A DNA stretch of 64,000 bases, taken from NCBI GenBank assembly GCA_965205975.1, contig OZ242195.1:4896001-4960000 (forward strand), given 5' to 3'. This document shows, in pieces, positions 38,111 through 48,521 of the stretch; within the stretch, counting starts at the first letter, position 1, and each line of letters begins with the position of its first letter. Origin of the DNA: Candidatus Latescibacterota bacterium (GTDB taxonomy: Bacteria; Latescibacterota; UBA2968). Below the pieces are notes generated by a model, which did no database searches, was not told where the DNA came from, and saw only the letters and a program-made list of their open reading frames with translations. The position numbers and the translations under genes were made by a program.

Positions 38111-38917
38111 ATGAAAAATAAAAAAATCGCTGTTATTGGTGCAGGTAATATGGGGGGCGCGCTAATGGCCGGTTGGATTCGGTCGGGAGAGATCGCGCCT
38201 GAAAATATCACGGCGGTGGATCTGGTTGCTGAGGTATTGGATCAGAGAAGGCGCGAGTTGGGTGTCCATGTTGCGGCAGATGCACGCGAAGTGGTGGGGT
38301 ATCAGGATATTGTGGTGTTGGGTGTGAAGCCTCAGTTTTGGAAGCAAACCGTTGTGGGATTTCGGGATTTGTTGCACAGCGATCAGGTGATTATTTCTTT
38401 TATGGCGGGTGTGCGAATTGCGGCATTGGAAGCGGAATTGGGGTCATTGCCCGTCGTTCGCGTGATGCCCAATGTGCTGGCGCAGGTCGGTGCGGCGGGT
38501 TCGGGGATTTGTGCTGGTGCACATGTGGGTGAGGATCATCTGAGTCTGGCGCTGTCTCTGTTCAATGCGGTCGGTGCAGCAGTCGTTGTTTCAGAATCAC
38601 AGATGGATGCGGTGACTGGACTCGCGGGCAGTGGGCCTGCCTATGTGTACGCGGTAATTGATGCGCTGGCAGATGGCGGGGTGCGGTCTGGTTTGTCAAA
38701 AGATATGGCGTTGACACTGGCGACTCAGACTGTGCTGGGGGCTGCGCGTATGGTTGCCGAAAGCGGCGAGCATCCGGCGATTTTGAAAGATATGGTGACG
38801 TCGGCGGGCGGAACTACTATTGCGGGTTTGCACGCGCTGGAGCAGGGTGGTTTGCGCGCGGCTTTGATGGATGCTGTTTTGGCTGCGACGGAGCGGTCGA
38901 GCGCATTGGGAGAGTGA
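38111..38917 (+). CDS. proC: Pyrroline-5-carboxylate reductase
   Basis: GAGNMG, VKPQ, RVMPN, GSGPAY, VTSAGGTT. Confidence 0.95.
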   Translation: MKNKKIAVIGAGNMGGALMAGWIRSGEIAPENITAVDLVAEVLDQRRRELGVHVAADAREVVGYQDIVVLGVKPQFWKQTVVGFRDLLHSDQVIISFMAGVRIAALEAELGSLPVVRVMPNVLAQVGAAGSGICAGAHVGEDHLSLALSLFNAVGAAVVVSESQMDAVTGLAGSGPAYVYAVIDALADGGVRSGLSKDMALTLATQTVLGAARMVAESGEHPAILKDMVTSAGGTTIAGLHALEQGGLRAALMDAVLAATERSSALGE

Positions 38918-38918
38918 G

Positions 38919-39521
38919 ATGATTGCGATTGTAAATTACGGGATGGGGAATTTGCGAAGTGTTCAAAAGGCGTTTGAACACGTTGGTGCGAAGGCCGTTA
39001 TTGTCGATAAACCCGAAGATATCGATACCGCCGAGCGCGTTGTACTTCCCGGGGTGGGGGCGTTTGGCGATGCGATGAGTAATCTGAAAACAGCGAGATT
39101 AATCACGCCCATTGTAAAGGCTATTTCAGAAGGCCGACCTTTTTTGGGTATTTGTTTGGGATTGCAATTGATGTTTGCCGAGAGTGAAGAAATGGGACAG
39201 CACAGGGGATTGGACATTTTGCCGGGGAAGGTGAAGCGTTTTCCCGAAGGGCAGCGCGTTCCGCAAATTGGGTGGAATGCAGTGCGGATTCAGCGCGAGA
39301 CAGCACTTTTAGATGGCGTGCCCAATGGGTCTTATTTTTATTTTGTTCATTCTTTTTTTGTTGCATCTGAGCGCGATGAAGATGTGATGGGGGTGACGGA
39401 TTACGGGATTGATTATGCGTCAATTGCCGGAAATGATCGGGCTTTTGGCGTGCAGTTTCACCCCGAAAAAAGTCAAGATGCTGGCTTGAAGATTTTGAAG
39501 AATTTTGCGGAGAAAGTGTAG
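38919..39521 (+). CDS. hisH: IGP synthase glutaminase subunit
   Basis: YGMGNL, PGVGAF, GICLG, YFVHS, QFHPEKS. Confidence 0.95.
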   Translation: MIAIVNYGMGNLRSVQKAFEHVGAKAVIVDKPEDIDTAERVVLPGVGAFGDAMSNLKTARLITPIVKAISEGRPFLGICLGLQLMFAESEEMGQHRGLDILPGKVKRFPEGQRVPQIGWNAVRIQRETALLDGVPNGSYFYFVHSFFVASERDEDVMGVTDYGIDYASIAGNDRAFGVQFHPEKSQDAGLKILKNFAEKV

Positions 39522-39522
39522 G

Positions 39523-40320
39523 ATGCTGGCAAGGCGAATTATTCCGTGTTTAGATGTGAAAAACGGTCGCAATGTGCGCGGGGTCAGGTTTTCTGCCGAT
39601 AAAGACGCTGGCGATCCCATTGCACTGGCGAGACGCTATGATGCAGAAGGCGCAGATGAACTGGTGTTTTACGATATTACGGCATCGGCGGAGAAGCGCG
39701 ATATTGTCGGCAAACTCGTGCGGCGCGTGTCCGAAGAGGTGTTTATTCCCTTTACGGTTGGCGGGGGCGTTCGCACGTATCAGGATATTCGCACAATTAT
39801 CGAAGGGGGTGCAGAAAAAGCGTCGATCAATTCGGCTGCTGTACACACGCCTGAAATTATTACGCAAGGGGCTGAAAGTTTTGGATCGCAGGCAATTGTG
39901 GGGTCAATTGATGCAATTCGACGGCCGAATTCCAATCAATCAGAGGATGTTCGCTGGGAAGTAGTTATCAATGGCGGACGCACATATACTGGACGAGATG
40001 CCCTCGAATGGGCTGAAGAACTGGTGGATCGCGGTGCGGGCGAACTGGTTTTGAACAGTATTGATGCGGACGGGACAAAAGATGGATACGATATTGAGTT
40101 AAATCGCATGGTTGCCGAGCGCGTGGATGTGCCGATTGTGGCGTCTGGGGGTGCTGGGGGGCCAGAGGATATGTACGCGGTGTTGTCGGAAGGCAAGGCG
40201 AGCGCGGCACTGGCTGCGTCGATTTTTCACTACAATCAATACAGTATTGCGGAAGTCAAAACGTATCTCGCAGAACGCGGGGTCCCGGTGCGCCCCAAGA
40301 TCGAAATTGATTTGACATGA
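39523..40320 (+). CDS. hisF: IGP synthase cyclase subunit
   Basis: [46 protein letters not shown]. Confidence 0.95.
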   Translation: MLARRIIPCLDVKNGRNVRGVRFSADKDAGDPIALARRYDAEGADELVFYDITASAEKRDIVGKLVRRVSEEVFIPFTVGGGVRTYQDIRTIIEGGAEKASINSAAVHTPEIITQGAESFGSQAIVGSIDAIRRPNSNQSEDVRWEVVINGGRTYTGRDALEWAEELVDRGAGELVLNSIDADGTKDGYDIELNRMVAERVDVPIVASGGAGGPEDMYAVLSEGKASAALAASIFHYNQYSIAEVKTYLAERGVPVRPKIEIDLT

Positions 40321-41489
40321 GTGGGACAAAAGAACACGAAATTGATCGCAGAGCTTTACTTGCCGATGTGCGGCGGGTGGTGGTAAAATTGGGTACGCGA
40401 GTGGTGACGGCAGATAGCAATACATTGAATCTTGCGGTGATTGATCGCCTGGCCGCTGATGTGGCGTCTTTGATCGCACGCGGTTTACAGGTGGCAATTG
40501 TGACATCTGGAGCAGTTGGTGCTGGCATGGGGCAATTGGGGTTGAGTAATCGACCGAGGCGTTTGGCCGATTTGCAAGCTACGGCTGCGGTGGGACAGGG
40601 ACTGGTGATGGATGCTTACAAACGGGCATTTGAAGCACACGGTATTTCGGTGGGGCAGGTGCTGTTGACATCGGATGATCTGGACAATCGCACGCGGTAT
40701 GTGAATGCACGCAATACATTAGATCAATTGTTTCGGTATGGTGTTGTGCCTGTTGTCAATGAGAACGACAGCGTGGCGGTGGAAGAATTGCAATTGTCCG
40801 TGGGTGAAAATGATCGCCTCTCCGCGATGGTGTCACATCTGGTAGATGCGGATATACTGGTGTTGTTGACCGATGTCGATGGGTTGTTTTCAAGCGATCC
40901 CGCAAAAGATCCAAACGCGCAATTGGTTCGGTTGGTACGCGGGATGCCCGAAGAACTCTACGCCACTGTGGGGTCTTCGGGGGGTGCACTGGGGCGCGGG
41001 GGAATGCGCACAAAACTCAGGGCAGCCGAGGCCGTGATGCAAGGTGGGCAGATGGCGGTGATTGCAAATGGATGTACAAACGGTTTGCGCGAAATTTTGG
41101 ATGGGGCAGATTGCGGCACGTTGTTTGTAGCGGATAATCGCAGTTTGAACAGCAGAGATTTGTGGTTGGCGCATTCCCGAAAGCGAGGGGGTGTGGTTGT
41201 AGATGACGGCGCAGTAGTTGCTTTGAGCGATGGAGGCAAAAGTTTGTTGCCTTCGGGTATTATCCGCGTTATTGGCGATTTTGAAGTTGGTGAACTCATT
41301 GGTGTTGAATCGGAACAACGCGTTGAGATCGCGCGTGGTTTAACGCGATTTGGCGCCGATGATGTGCGACGTATTCGCGGAAAAAAAACGCCAGAAGTTG
41401 CAGAAATTCTCGGGATTGACAATGGCGCGGTAGTTATCCACCGAGATGATATGGTGGTGTTAAATCGGATGGACAGCAGTAGCCAGTAG
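40317..41489 (+). CDS. proB: Glutamate 5-kinase with PUA domain
   Basis: VVKLGT, SGAV, NENDSV, GGMRTKL, SLLPSGI. Confidence 0.95.
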   Translation: MSGTKEHEIDRRALLADVRRVVVKLGTRVVTADSNTLNLAVIDRLAADVASLIARGLQVAIVTSGAVGAGMGQLGLSNRPRRLADLQATAAVGQGLVMDAYKRAFEAHGISVGQVLLTSDDLDNRTRYVNARNTLDQLFRYGVVPVVNENDSVAVEELQLSVGENDRLSAMVSHLVDADILVLLTDVDGLFSSDPAKDPNAQLVRLVRGMPEELYATVGSSGGALGRGGMRTKLRAAEAVMQGGQMAVIANGCTNGLREILDGADCGTLFVADNRSLNSRDLWLAHSRKRGGVVVDDGAVVALSDGGKSLLPSGIIRVIGDFEVGELIGVESEQRVEIARGLTRFGADDVRRIRGKKTPEVAEILGIDNGAVVIHRDDMVVLNRMDSSSQ

Positions 41490-41558
41490 TCAGTTACCCC
41501 GCCACGCCGAGGTTGGGTGGCGGGGACTGACAACTGACAACCGATAACTGACAACTGA
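41474..41558. repeat. Inverted 7-nt tandem-repeat element with central GC hairpin
   Basis: CAGTAGC/CAGTAGT left arm; CCCCGCCAC...GTGGCGGGG core; (ACTGACA)n right arm. Confidence 0.8.
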
Positions 41559-41574
41559 TTTTGGAGATTGTGTT

Positions 41575-41943
41575 ATGCGCTCATTTTATCGGGGACGAAG
41601 TACGGTATTGCCGGAAAATAGTCCGATGTTACCGGGAAGTGCGAGACGACGCCTGAACAGATTTTTGATATTTGCACCGGTGGTACTTTCCCTTTATTTG
41701 TTTTTTGTAGGAGATAGTGGAATTTTTCAACTCATAATGCGCAAGCAGCAAATTGTCGCATTGGAACGGGAAATTGCAACTATTCGCCAGCAGAATGCGA
41801 TGCTGGAACGCGAGGCAAAACTGCTGGAAAACAATTTGGATGAGATCGAACGCATTGCTCGAGAGCGCTATGGCATGGTGTATCCCAATGAATCGATTTA
41901 TATGGTCTATCCCAACCCACCAACAGCATTGGAGTCGCCGTGA
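41575..41943 (+). CDS. ftsB: Septum formation initiator (FtsB/DivIC family)
   Basis: TM helix, GDSG, coiled coil, IERIARERYGMVYPNE. Confidence 0.8.
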   Translation: MRSFYRGRSTVLPENSPMLPGSARRRLNRFLIFAPVVLSLYLFFVGDSGIFQLIMRKQQIVALEREIATIRQQNAMLEREAKLLENNLDEIERIARERYGMVYPNESIYMVYPNPPTALESP

Positions 41944-42725
41944 TTTGCCATACCGATGGGTTGGTGTTGCGCGGTTTTCGCATGAGTGAAAGCAGCAAGG
42001 TTGTGGTGCTGTTTTCTCGCGATTACGGCAAGTTGCGTCTGGTTGCCAAAGGGGCGCGACGGCCCAAAAGTAAATTTGGTGCGAGTCTTGAACCCATGAC
42101 ATGGGGGCGTTATGTTTTTTATCGACAGGATAATCGAGAGTTGCAAATATTGAGCGAGGGCGATATTGCAGACGCTTTTGAACCGGTAAAACAACACTAC
42201 GGTCGAATGGCAGCCGGAAGCGCGATATGCGAATTTTTGGATCATATTACCGAAGATGAAGACCGCAATCCACTTTTGTTTAGTATTGCACTTGAAGCCA
42301 TGCGATGGGTGGGGAGCATTGCCGAAATAGCGCTGGATGTACCGGTGTGGTATTTCCAGATTCGCGCTGCGGGTGCGGTGGGGTATCGCCCCCATATGAG
42401 TGGGTGTGTTCAATGTGGTACGCGGCTCCAGGGGCACCGTCTGGGGTTCAGCCCCAGCCTGGGCGGTACTCTGTGTGACAAGCACGCAGGAGTGGGCATG
42501 CGCGTGCAGTCCGAGACGTTAAATTTTATGGCGCATCTACAGGTGGGCCGTCCCGACCGCATTGATCTTTCCCTCTTGCGGGGTGTAAAACGCGCAGAGA
42601 TGACGCGAATATTGCGCGCATTTTTTGACCAACACATTGAATCGCGCTATCGTCCAAAGGCACTGGATTTTTTTGAACGCTTAAGGGCAGCAGAACCTGC
42701 GTTGCCTTATCGCGCAGGGGTATAG
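41940..42725 (+). CDS. recO: DNA repair protein RecO
   Basis: GLVLR, ESSKVV, GKLRLVAKGARRPKSKF, CVQC...LCDKH. Confidence 0.92.
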   Translation: MICHTDGLVLRGFRMSESSKVVVLFSRDYGKLRLVAKGARRPKSKFGASLEPMTWGRYVFYRQDNRELQILSEGDIADAFEPVKQHYGRMAAGSAICEFLDHITEDEDRNPLLFSIALEAMRWVGSIAEIALDVPVWYFQIRAAGAVGYRPHMSGCVQCGTRLQGHRLGFSPSLGGTLCDKHAGVGMRVQSETLNFMAHLQVGRPDRIDLSLLRGVKRAEMTRILRAFFDQHIESRYRPKALDFFERLRAAEPALPYRAGV

Positions 42726-42733
42726 GATTTGCG

Positions 42734-43264
42734 ATGAATCGACTTCTACAGCGATGGTTGGAGCGCGAAAAGCCACTATTTCCCAAATTGCGCGCCATTC
42801 CACTATTTCGAGAACTGAACCGCCGAGAGTTGCAGGCGGTAGTGGAACTAATAGAAATTCGCAAGTATTCAACAGGTGATGTCGTTTTTGAACAGGGTGA
42901 TCCGGGAGATGGGGTTTCCGTGGTGTTAAAAGGATGTGTAGAGGTGATTCAGGAGGATGGCGAAGACGGCGAGAAAGTGCTGCTTGCCCAATCTGAAGCC
43001 GGTTCCTTTTTTGGTGAAATAGCACTTTTGGAAGATGCGCCGAGAACAGCAGCAGCAGTGGCAGTAGAAGATACAAAATTGGCACTTTTCCCGCGAGACG
43101 CATTGTATCAGTTGACGGAACAACGACCGCATTTGGGAGTAAAAATTGCCATTCAACTCGCGCGGATTGTCGCGGAGCGATTGCGGCAGACCAATCACAG
43201 TTTGCAGGTTGCTCGAGATGAACTGGCGGTAAAACAAAAAGAGGACGGAAAAGACGAGTCATGA
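42734..43264 (+). CDS. Stand-alone cyclic-nucleotide-binding protein
   Basis: VFEQGDPGD, FFGEIALL, PRTA. Confidence 0.9.
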   Translation: MNRLLQRWLEREKPLFPKLRAIPLFRELNRRELQAVVELIEIRKYSTGDVVFEQGDPGDGVSVVLKGCVEVIQEDGEDGEKVLLAQSEAGSFFGEIALLEDAPRTAAAVAVEDTKLALFPRDALYQLTEQRPHLGVKIAIQLARIVAERLRQTNHSLQVARDELAVKQKEDGKDES

Positions 43265-44799
43265 ATGAACCCTCTTCCGGCGGCATGAGTACTGCTCAGA
43301 TTTTGCGTATTGTGATTTTTTTGGGCCTCATCGTTTTGATGCTCTGGCTGCTATATACTATTCGAAGTACGCTGGTTCCTTTTTTTATTGCGTTTGTGCT
43401 GTCGTATTTTCTCATGCCCGTGGTTGATTTTCTCGAATCGCACCGCTTAAATCGTTTTATCGCCGTGGTTGTCGTCTTGCTGGCTGTTTTTGCAATTGTG
43501 GTCATTCCGCTTATTGTGGTCGCGCCTATGATTGTGCGCGGTACGGAGGATATGGTCAAGAGCATTATTGGTGAGCAGGGTACCTGGTACTGCGTGGTGG
43601 AAAATACGGGCGACACTGTGGTGACGATTGATCGGTTTGAGAGCGAACTCGAAGATTTTAAGGTTGATGGCTTGCCCCTGGAATTGACACCCGGTGGGGG
43701 AGACGCGGAATCCGCTGCCCCACAGGCCAGCCCAAAAATGGTCGGTGGGCGAGATACCCTGCGCGTGGTATTTTCTCCACAAGCGGATAAACCGCGCCAG
43801 GCGTCTTTGAGGTTGTACGGTTCGTCTGGCAGCCGGGAAGATTCTATTGTGTTGACGCTTAGAGGGAATATGGAGGATGTGTCATCGGTTTCGGATACAA
43901 TGGCTTCGGTTCAATTTGGCACATCTAAAATTTTAATCTCGGCGACAAAACATGCGTTTGGCAAATACAAGCCCAGTTCTTTGATGGCACTCAAGTCGGT
44001 TTATGAAACTTCATTCCTGCCGTGGCTGAAATCAGCTCAGACCTATCTCGAAGAAATTTTGCCAATGCTCAAAGGCCGCGATTGGGAGGAAGAAATTTTA
44101 CCAATGCTCAAGGGCCGCGATTGGATACAGGCCGCGAATCAGTACCTGCAAAACGTCGTGACAATTTTGCTTAAGGAAACTCCCGGATTGGTCGGGCAAT
44201 TGCTATCGGGACTTACCTTGTTCATCATTGTGCCTTTTGCTTTATTCTTTTTTTTAGCAGAGGGCAGAACGATCAAGCGTGCGATTATCGAGCAGGTGCC
44301 AAATCGATATTTTGAACTGATATTAAATCTGTTGCATCGCATTGACAGGCAATTGGGGAGCTATATGCGCGGTATGGTGTTATCTGTAATCATTGTTTCG
44401 ATTCTGTCAAGTACCGGACTTTATATCATCGGTCTGGAACATTTTTTGGTGATTGGTCTTCTCGCTGGTTTGGCCAATGTAATTCCCTATATGGGACCTG
44501 CGATTGGGATTATTGCCGGTGTTGTTGCCGCTGTATTGCAATATTCTGCGCTGAGTTTTGGTGTGGTTATTCCAGTGATTATAGTGTTTGCGATCGTTCA
44601 ACTCGTAGATAATGTTTTTGTCGCTCCTATGGTGGTTGGGCGCAGTGTTAATTTGCATCCTCTGCTCGTCATTTTTGCGGTGTTCGTTGGCAGCGAGTTG
44701 TTTGGCGCAGTTGGCATGTTATTGGCCGTGCCCACAACAGCGGTGATTAAAGTATCTGTGCGGACGATTTATGAGGGGTGGCGAGGTTATTCGGTTTAG
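43261..44799 (+). CDS. AI-2E family transporter with inserted Ig-like domain
   Basis: PFFIAFVLSYFLMPVV, IPYMG, QLVDN..PMVVG, LHP, GAVGMLLAVP. Confidence 0.88.
   Translation: MNEPSSGGMSTAQILRIVIFLGLIVLMLWLLYTIRSTLVPFFIAFVLSYFLMPVVDFLESHRLNRFIAVVVVLLAVFAIVVIPLIVVAPMIVRGTEDMVKSIIGEQGTWYCVVENTGDTVVTIDRFESELEDFKVDGLPLELTPGGGDAESAAPQASPKMVGGRDTLRVVFSPQADKPRQASLRLYGSSGSREDSIVLTLRGNMEDVSSVSDTMASVQFGTSKILISATKHAFGKYKPSSLMALKSVYETSFLPWLKSAQTYLEEILPMLKGRDWEEEILPMLKGRDWIQAANQYLQNVVTILLKETPGLVGQLLSGLTLFIIVPFALFFFLAEGRTIKRAIIEQVPNRYFELILNLLHRIDRQLGSYMRGMVLSVIIVSILSSTGLYIIGLEHFLVIGLLAGLANVIPYMGPAIGIIAGVVAAVLQYSALSFGVVIPVIIVFAIVQLVDNVFVAPMVVGRSVNLHPLLVIFAVFVGSELFGAVGMLLAVPTTAVIKVSVRTIYEGWRGYSV
44050..44124 (+). 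repeat. In-frame duplication (36-nt copies, 39-nt period)
   Basis: EEILPMLKGRDW twice; copies differ at two synonymous positions. Confidence 0.9.
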
Positions 44800-44812
44800 G
44801 AGAGAAGGAGTA

Positions 44813-47533
44813 ATGGAGACGATGAAGAATAAAGCTTTGGAGCGTGCCTACGATCCAAAAGATATTGAAAAGACGTGGTATGATTTTTGGCACAGGAAGG
44901 GATATTTTCGCCCGGAGTTTCGCGAGACAGGTCCCGCCTATACAGTGACGATTCCTCCGCCCAATGTGACGGGGGAGTTGCACATGGGACACGCGTTACA
45001 GCACGCGATTCACGACGCGGTGATTCGGTATAAGCGGATGCGGGGATTTCGCACGCTGTGTTTGCCCGGTACGGATCACGCGGGTATTGGCACGCAGATG
45101 AAGGTGGAGCAAGAGATCTGGGAGAACGAAAAAAAGACGCGCCGCGAAATTGGACGCAGAGACTTGTTGAGACGGATATGGGCCTGGCGGGAAAAATACG
45201 GCAGTACAATTTTGCGACAATTGCGCGAGTTGGGCTGTAGTTATGACTGGTCGCGCGAGCGATTTACAATGGATGAGGAGTACGTGCGGGCGGTGTTGGA
45301 GACATTTGTGCGTTTTTACGAGAAGGGCTGGATTTATCGGGGCAAACGCATGGTGAACTGGTGCCCGCAGTGTGGCACTGTGATTTCCGATCTCGAGGTG
45401 GAAGAAAGAGAGGTCGATAGCCACCTGTGGCATATTCGGTATAAAGGGATAGATGGCGCGCCCGATGTGGTTGTGGCGACAACGCGTCCGGAAACCATGC
45501 TGGGCGATACCGGGGTGGCGGTGCATCCATCTGATGCGCGATGGCGCGATGCTGTGGGTAAAATGGTGATGTTGCCGCTTATGGATCGTCCTATTCCCAT
45601 TGTGGCAGATGACTATGCCGATCCGGAAATGGGGAGTGGTGCGGTGAAGGTGACGCCGGGACACGATCCCAATGATTACGAGATAGGGCAGCGTCACGAT
45701 TTGCCCGAAATCGCGGTTATTGGTCTGAATGGCGAGATGACGGAGAATGCGGGTGCTTATGTTGGGCAGGACCGGTATGCGTGTCGCAAGGCGGTGGTTG
45801 AGGCACTCGACGAGCTGGGGTTGATGGAAAAAATTGAGGATTATACCCACGCGGTGCCCCATCACGACCGCTGTGGCACGGTGATTGAACCGATGCCTAT
45901 GGAGCAGTGGTTTGTGGCGATGCGCGATTTGGCCGATTTAATTTTGCCCCTGATGCGAGAAAAAAAGATCGATTATGTGCCGGATCGGTTTCGAGAATAT
46001 TCGATTGAATGGCTGGAGAATATCCGCGACTGGTGTATTTCGAGGCAATTGTGGTGGGGGCACCGCATTCCGGTGTGGACGTGTGAAAATTGTAGTGCGA
46101 TGATTGTGAATGCAGAGCCGCCCGAATTGTGTACAAAGTGTGGCAGTCAGCAGTTGACGCAAGACCCAGATGTGCTCGATACGTGGTTTTCCTCGGCGCT
46201 GTGGCCTTTTGCAACGCTGGGTTGGCCCGAAGATACAGAGGATTTGAAGCTGTTTCATCCGACGGATTTGATGATTACGGGACGGGATATTTTGTATCTA
46301 TGGGTGATTCGGATGATTATGACGGCTGTTGAATTTGTGGATGAGATTCCGTTCCGGACGGTGCTGGTTCATCCCACGGTGCAAACGCGCGATGGCAAGC
46401 GCATGAGCAAGTCGTTGGGTACGGGAATTGATCCGCGCGAATTGATTGACCGCTATGGCGCGGATGCCACGCGCCTGTCGCTTTTGTATCAATGCGGTAG
46501 TTCGCAGGATATTCGGTTTGATGCCGATGTAAAGGACAATAAGTTGCAAGATTCGCCCATTGCGGAAATGTGCCGAAATTTTTGCAACAAAATTTGGAAT
46601 GCTGCGCGGTTTGTACAAATGAATCTGGACGATCGCGACATTCGCGATGTGGCGTTGCAGACGGTGCCCGAGCCAATTACAGACCTTTCTGATCGGTGGA
46701 TTTTGAGTTTGTACAATCGCACGGTGTTACAGGTTACAGAGGCTTTGGAGGCGTATCGCTTTGATGAAGCAGCGCGCGCGTTGTACGATTTTGTGTGGAG
46801 CGCGTATTGCGATTGGTATGTGGAGATGGCGAAAGTGCGCCTGTATGGCGATGATCAAGACGCCCGTCAAACTGCGCAGTCGGTTTTGTGTGTCGTGTTT
46901 GAAGGCACGTTGCGCCTGTTGCATCCCATCGCGCCTTTTATTTCTGAGGCGTTGTGGCAAACATTTCCACGCAAAGGCGAGGCACTTATTGTCGCGCCCT
47001 GGCCCAAATGCGACAAAACGCAATTTGATAAAGTTGCCGAGCGAGAGATGGCTTTGATGCGGGATGTGGTGGGGGCCGTGCGCCATATTCGAGGTACAAT
47101 GCGTATTCCGCCGGGCAAGCGCGTGGATGTGGTGTGTAAGACGGGGTCTGAGGAGGCGCACGCGATTTTGACGTCTGTTCATGGCTATATGAAGGCGTTG
47201 GGGCGCATTGAAAATTTGACCCTCGGCGCGGCTTTAGAACGCCCGGCAGCGTCTGCGAGTGCTGTGGTTGGTGATGTGGAAATTTTCGTGCCTTTGGCCG
47301 GCGTGATTGATCTCGCTGTGGAGCGCCAGAGATTGGAGAAGGAGATTGGGGGATTGGAAAAGGCACTGGGGGGATTGGAGAAGAAGTTGAGCAATGCGGG
47401 TTTTTTGAACAATGCCCCCGCAGAGGTCGTGGCAAAAGAACGCGAGCGCGAGCGCGAGTATCGGGATACATTGTCGAAGTTGCGGGAAAATCTGGCTGTA
47501 ATTTCAGAGGGAGATTCAAATGTCGAACGTTAG
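44813..47533 (+). CDS. valS: Valine-tRNA ligase
   Basis: PPPNVTG, HMGH, TTRPET, WCISRQLWWGH, DTWFSS, RMSKS, C-terminal coiled coil. Confidence 0.97.
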   Translation: METMKNKALERAYDPKDIEKTWYDFWHRKGYFRPEFRETGPAYTVTIPPPNVTGELHMGHALQHAIHDAVIRYKRMRGFRTLCLPGTDHAGIGTQMKVEQEIWENEKKTRREIGRRDLLRRIWAWREKYGSTILRQLRELGCSYDWSRERFTMDEEYVRAVLETFVRFYEKGWIYRGKRMVNWCPQCGTVISDLEVEEREVDSHLWHIRYKGIDGAPDVVVATTRPETMLGDTGVAVHPSDARWRDAVGKMVMLPLMDRPIPIVADDYADPEMGSGAVKVTPGHDPNDYEIGQRHDLPEIAVIGLNGEMTENAGAYVGQDRYACRKAVVEALDELGLMEKIEDYTHAVPHHDRCGTVIEPMPMEQWFVAMRDLADLILPLMREKKIDYVPDRFREYSIEWLENIRDWCISRQLWWGHRIPVWTCENCSAMIVNAEPPELCTKCGSQQLTQDPDVLDTWFSSALWPFATLGWPEDTEDLKLFHPTDLMITGRDILYLWVIRMIMTAVEFVDEIPFRTVLVHPTVQTRDGKRMSKSLGTGIDPRELIDRYGADATRLSLLYQCGSSQDIRFDADVKDNKLQDSPIAEMCRNFCNKIWNAARFVQMNLDDRDIRDVALQTVPEPITDLSDRWILSLYNRTVLQVTEALEAYRFDEAARALYDFVWSAYCDWYVEMAKVRLYGDDQDARQTAQSVLCVVFEGTLRLLHPIAPFISEALWQTFPRKGEALIVAPWPKCDKTQFDKVAEREMALMRDVVGAVRHIRGTMRIPPGKRVDVVCKTGSEEAHAILTSVHGYMKALGRIENLTLGAALERPAASASAVVGDVEIFVPLAGVIDLAVERQRLEKEIGGLEKALGGLEKKLSNAGFLNNAPAEVVAKEREREREYRDTLSKLRENLAVISEGDSNVER

Positions 47534-48518
47534 ATTTGGTATTATGGGATTGGGGCGCGGTCGCGGAGCAGCAAAACAGGTGGCAGCAGCAGAGGGTAGC
47601 GCGTTGGTTTGCGTGTGTGATTTACAGGAAGACAAGGCCGTGGAGCAGGCCGAAATATATGGATGCGACTGGACGACGAATTACAAGGCGATGTTTGCGC
47701 GCGATGATATCGATGCGATCGGTATCTATACGTCCAGTGGCACGCATTGCGATTACGCCATTGAAGCGATAGAAGCAGGCAAACATGCATTTGTCACCAA
47801 ACCGATGGATATTCTCGTGGAAAAGTGCGATGCGGCGATTCAGGCGGCAAAAGATGCGGGGAAGGTTCTGGCAGTGGATTTTGGAAATCGCTATTCTAAG
47901 GCAAACCAGCAATTGAAGGCAGCCATTGATCAGGGGATCATTGGACAGATTTTTTTGGGTGATGTGAAGATGAAGTGGTGGCGCGAGCAGAGCTATTACA
48001 ATGGGGGTTTTCCCATGGGGTGGCGCAGCCGCAAAGAGACAGAGGGCGGCTCGATAGCCAATCAGGGTGTGCATTTTGTCGATCTCATCTGCTGGTTGCT
48101 CGGCCCGGTAAAGGAAGTTTATGGGCGCAGTGCAACCATGACACACGATATTGAAACGGAAGATATTACAATTGCACAGTTGACATTTCAAAGCGGCGCG
48201 TGGGGGCTGATTACGACCACGACATCGAGTTATCCAAATTTGGGGACACAAGTGGAGATCAGCGGCACGGAAGGTACTGTCCGGTGGGATCAACGCGGTG
48301 GTATAGAAGTGATGACAAAGGATGAGGAATTGGTAGATTTGAGCCGTTTTGAAGTGCCTGATGCGCCAGCCGATATTGCAGAGGATATGGTTTCTGCTAT
48401 CACCAAAGGCACGGCCCCTGTGGTGTCGGGTGAAGAGGGGCGAAAGTCTGTTGAGCTCTTTTGTGCAGCTTATGCGTCTTCAAAATCGGGTTCCCCTGTG
48501 GTTATTGATCAGGGGTAA
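47520..48518 (+). CDS. Gfo/Idh/MocA oxidoreductase
   Basis: GIMGLG, GKHAFVTKP, GGSIANQGVHFVD. Confidence 0.88.
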   Translation: MSNVRFGIMGLGRGRGAAKQVAAAEGSALVCVCDLQEDKAVEQAEIYGCDWTTNYKAMFARDDIDAIGIYTSSGTHCDYAIEAIEAGKHAFVTKPMDILVEKCDAAIQAAKDAGKVLAVDFGNRYSKANQQLKAAIDQGIIGQIFLGDVKMKWWREQSYYNGGFPMGWRSRKETEGGSIANQGVHFVDLICWLLGPVKEVYGRSATMTHDIETEDITIAQLTFQSGAWGLITTTTSSYPNLGTQVEISGTEGTVRWDQRGGIEVMTKDEELVDLSRFEVPDAPADIAEDMVSAITKGTAPVVSGEEGRKSVELFCAAYASSKSGSPVVIDQG

Positions 48519-48521
48519 AAC

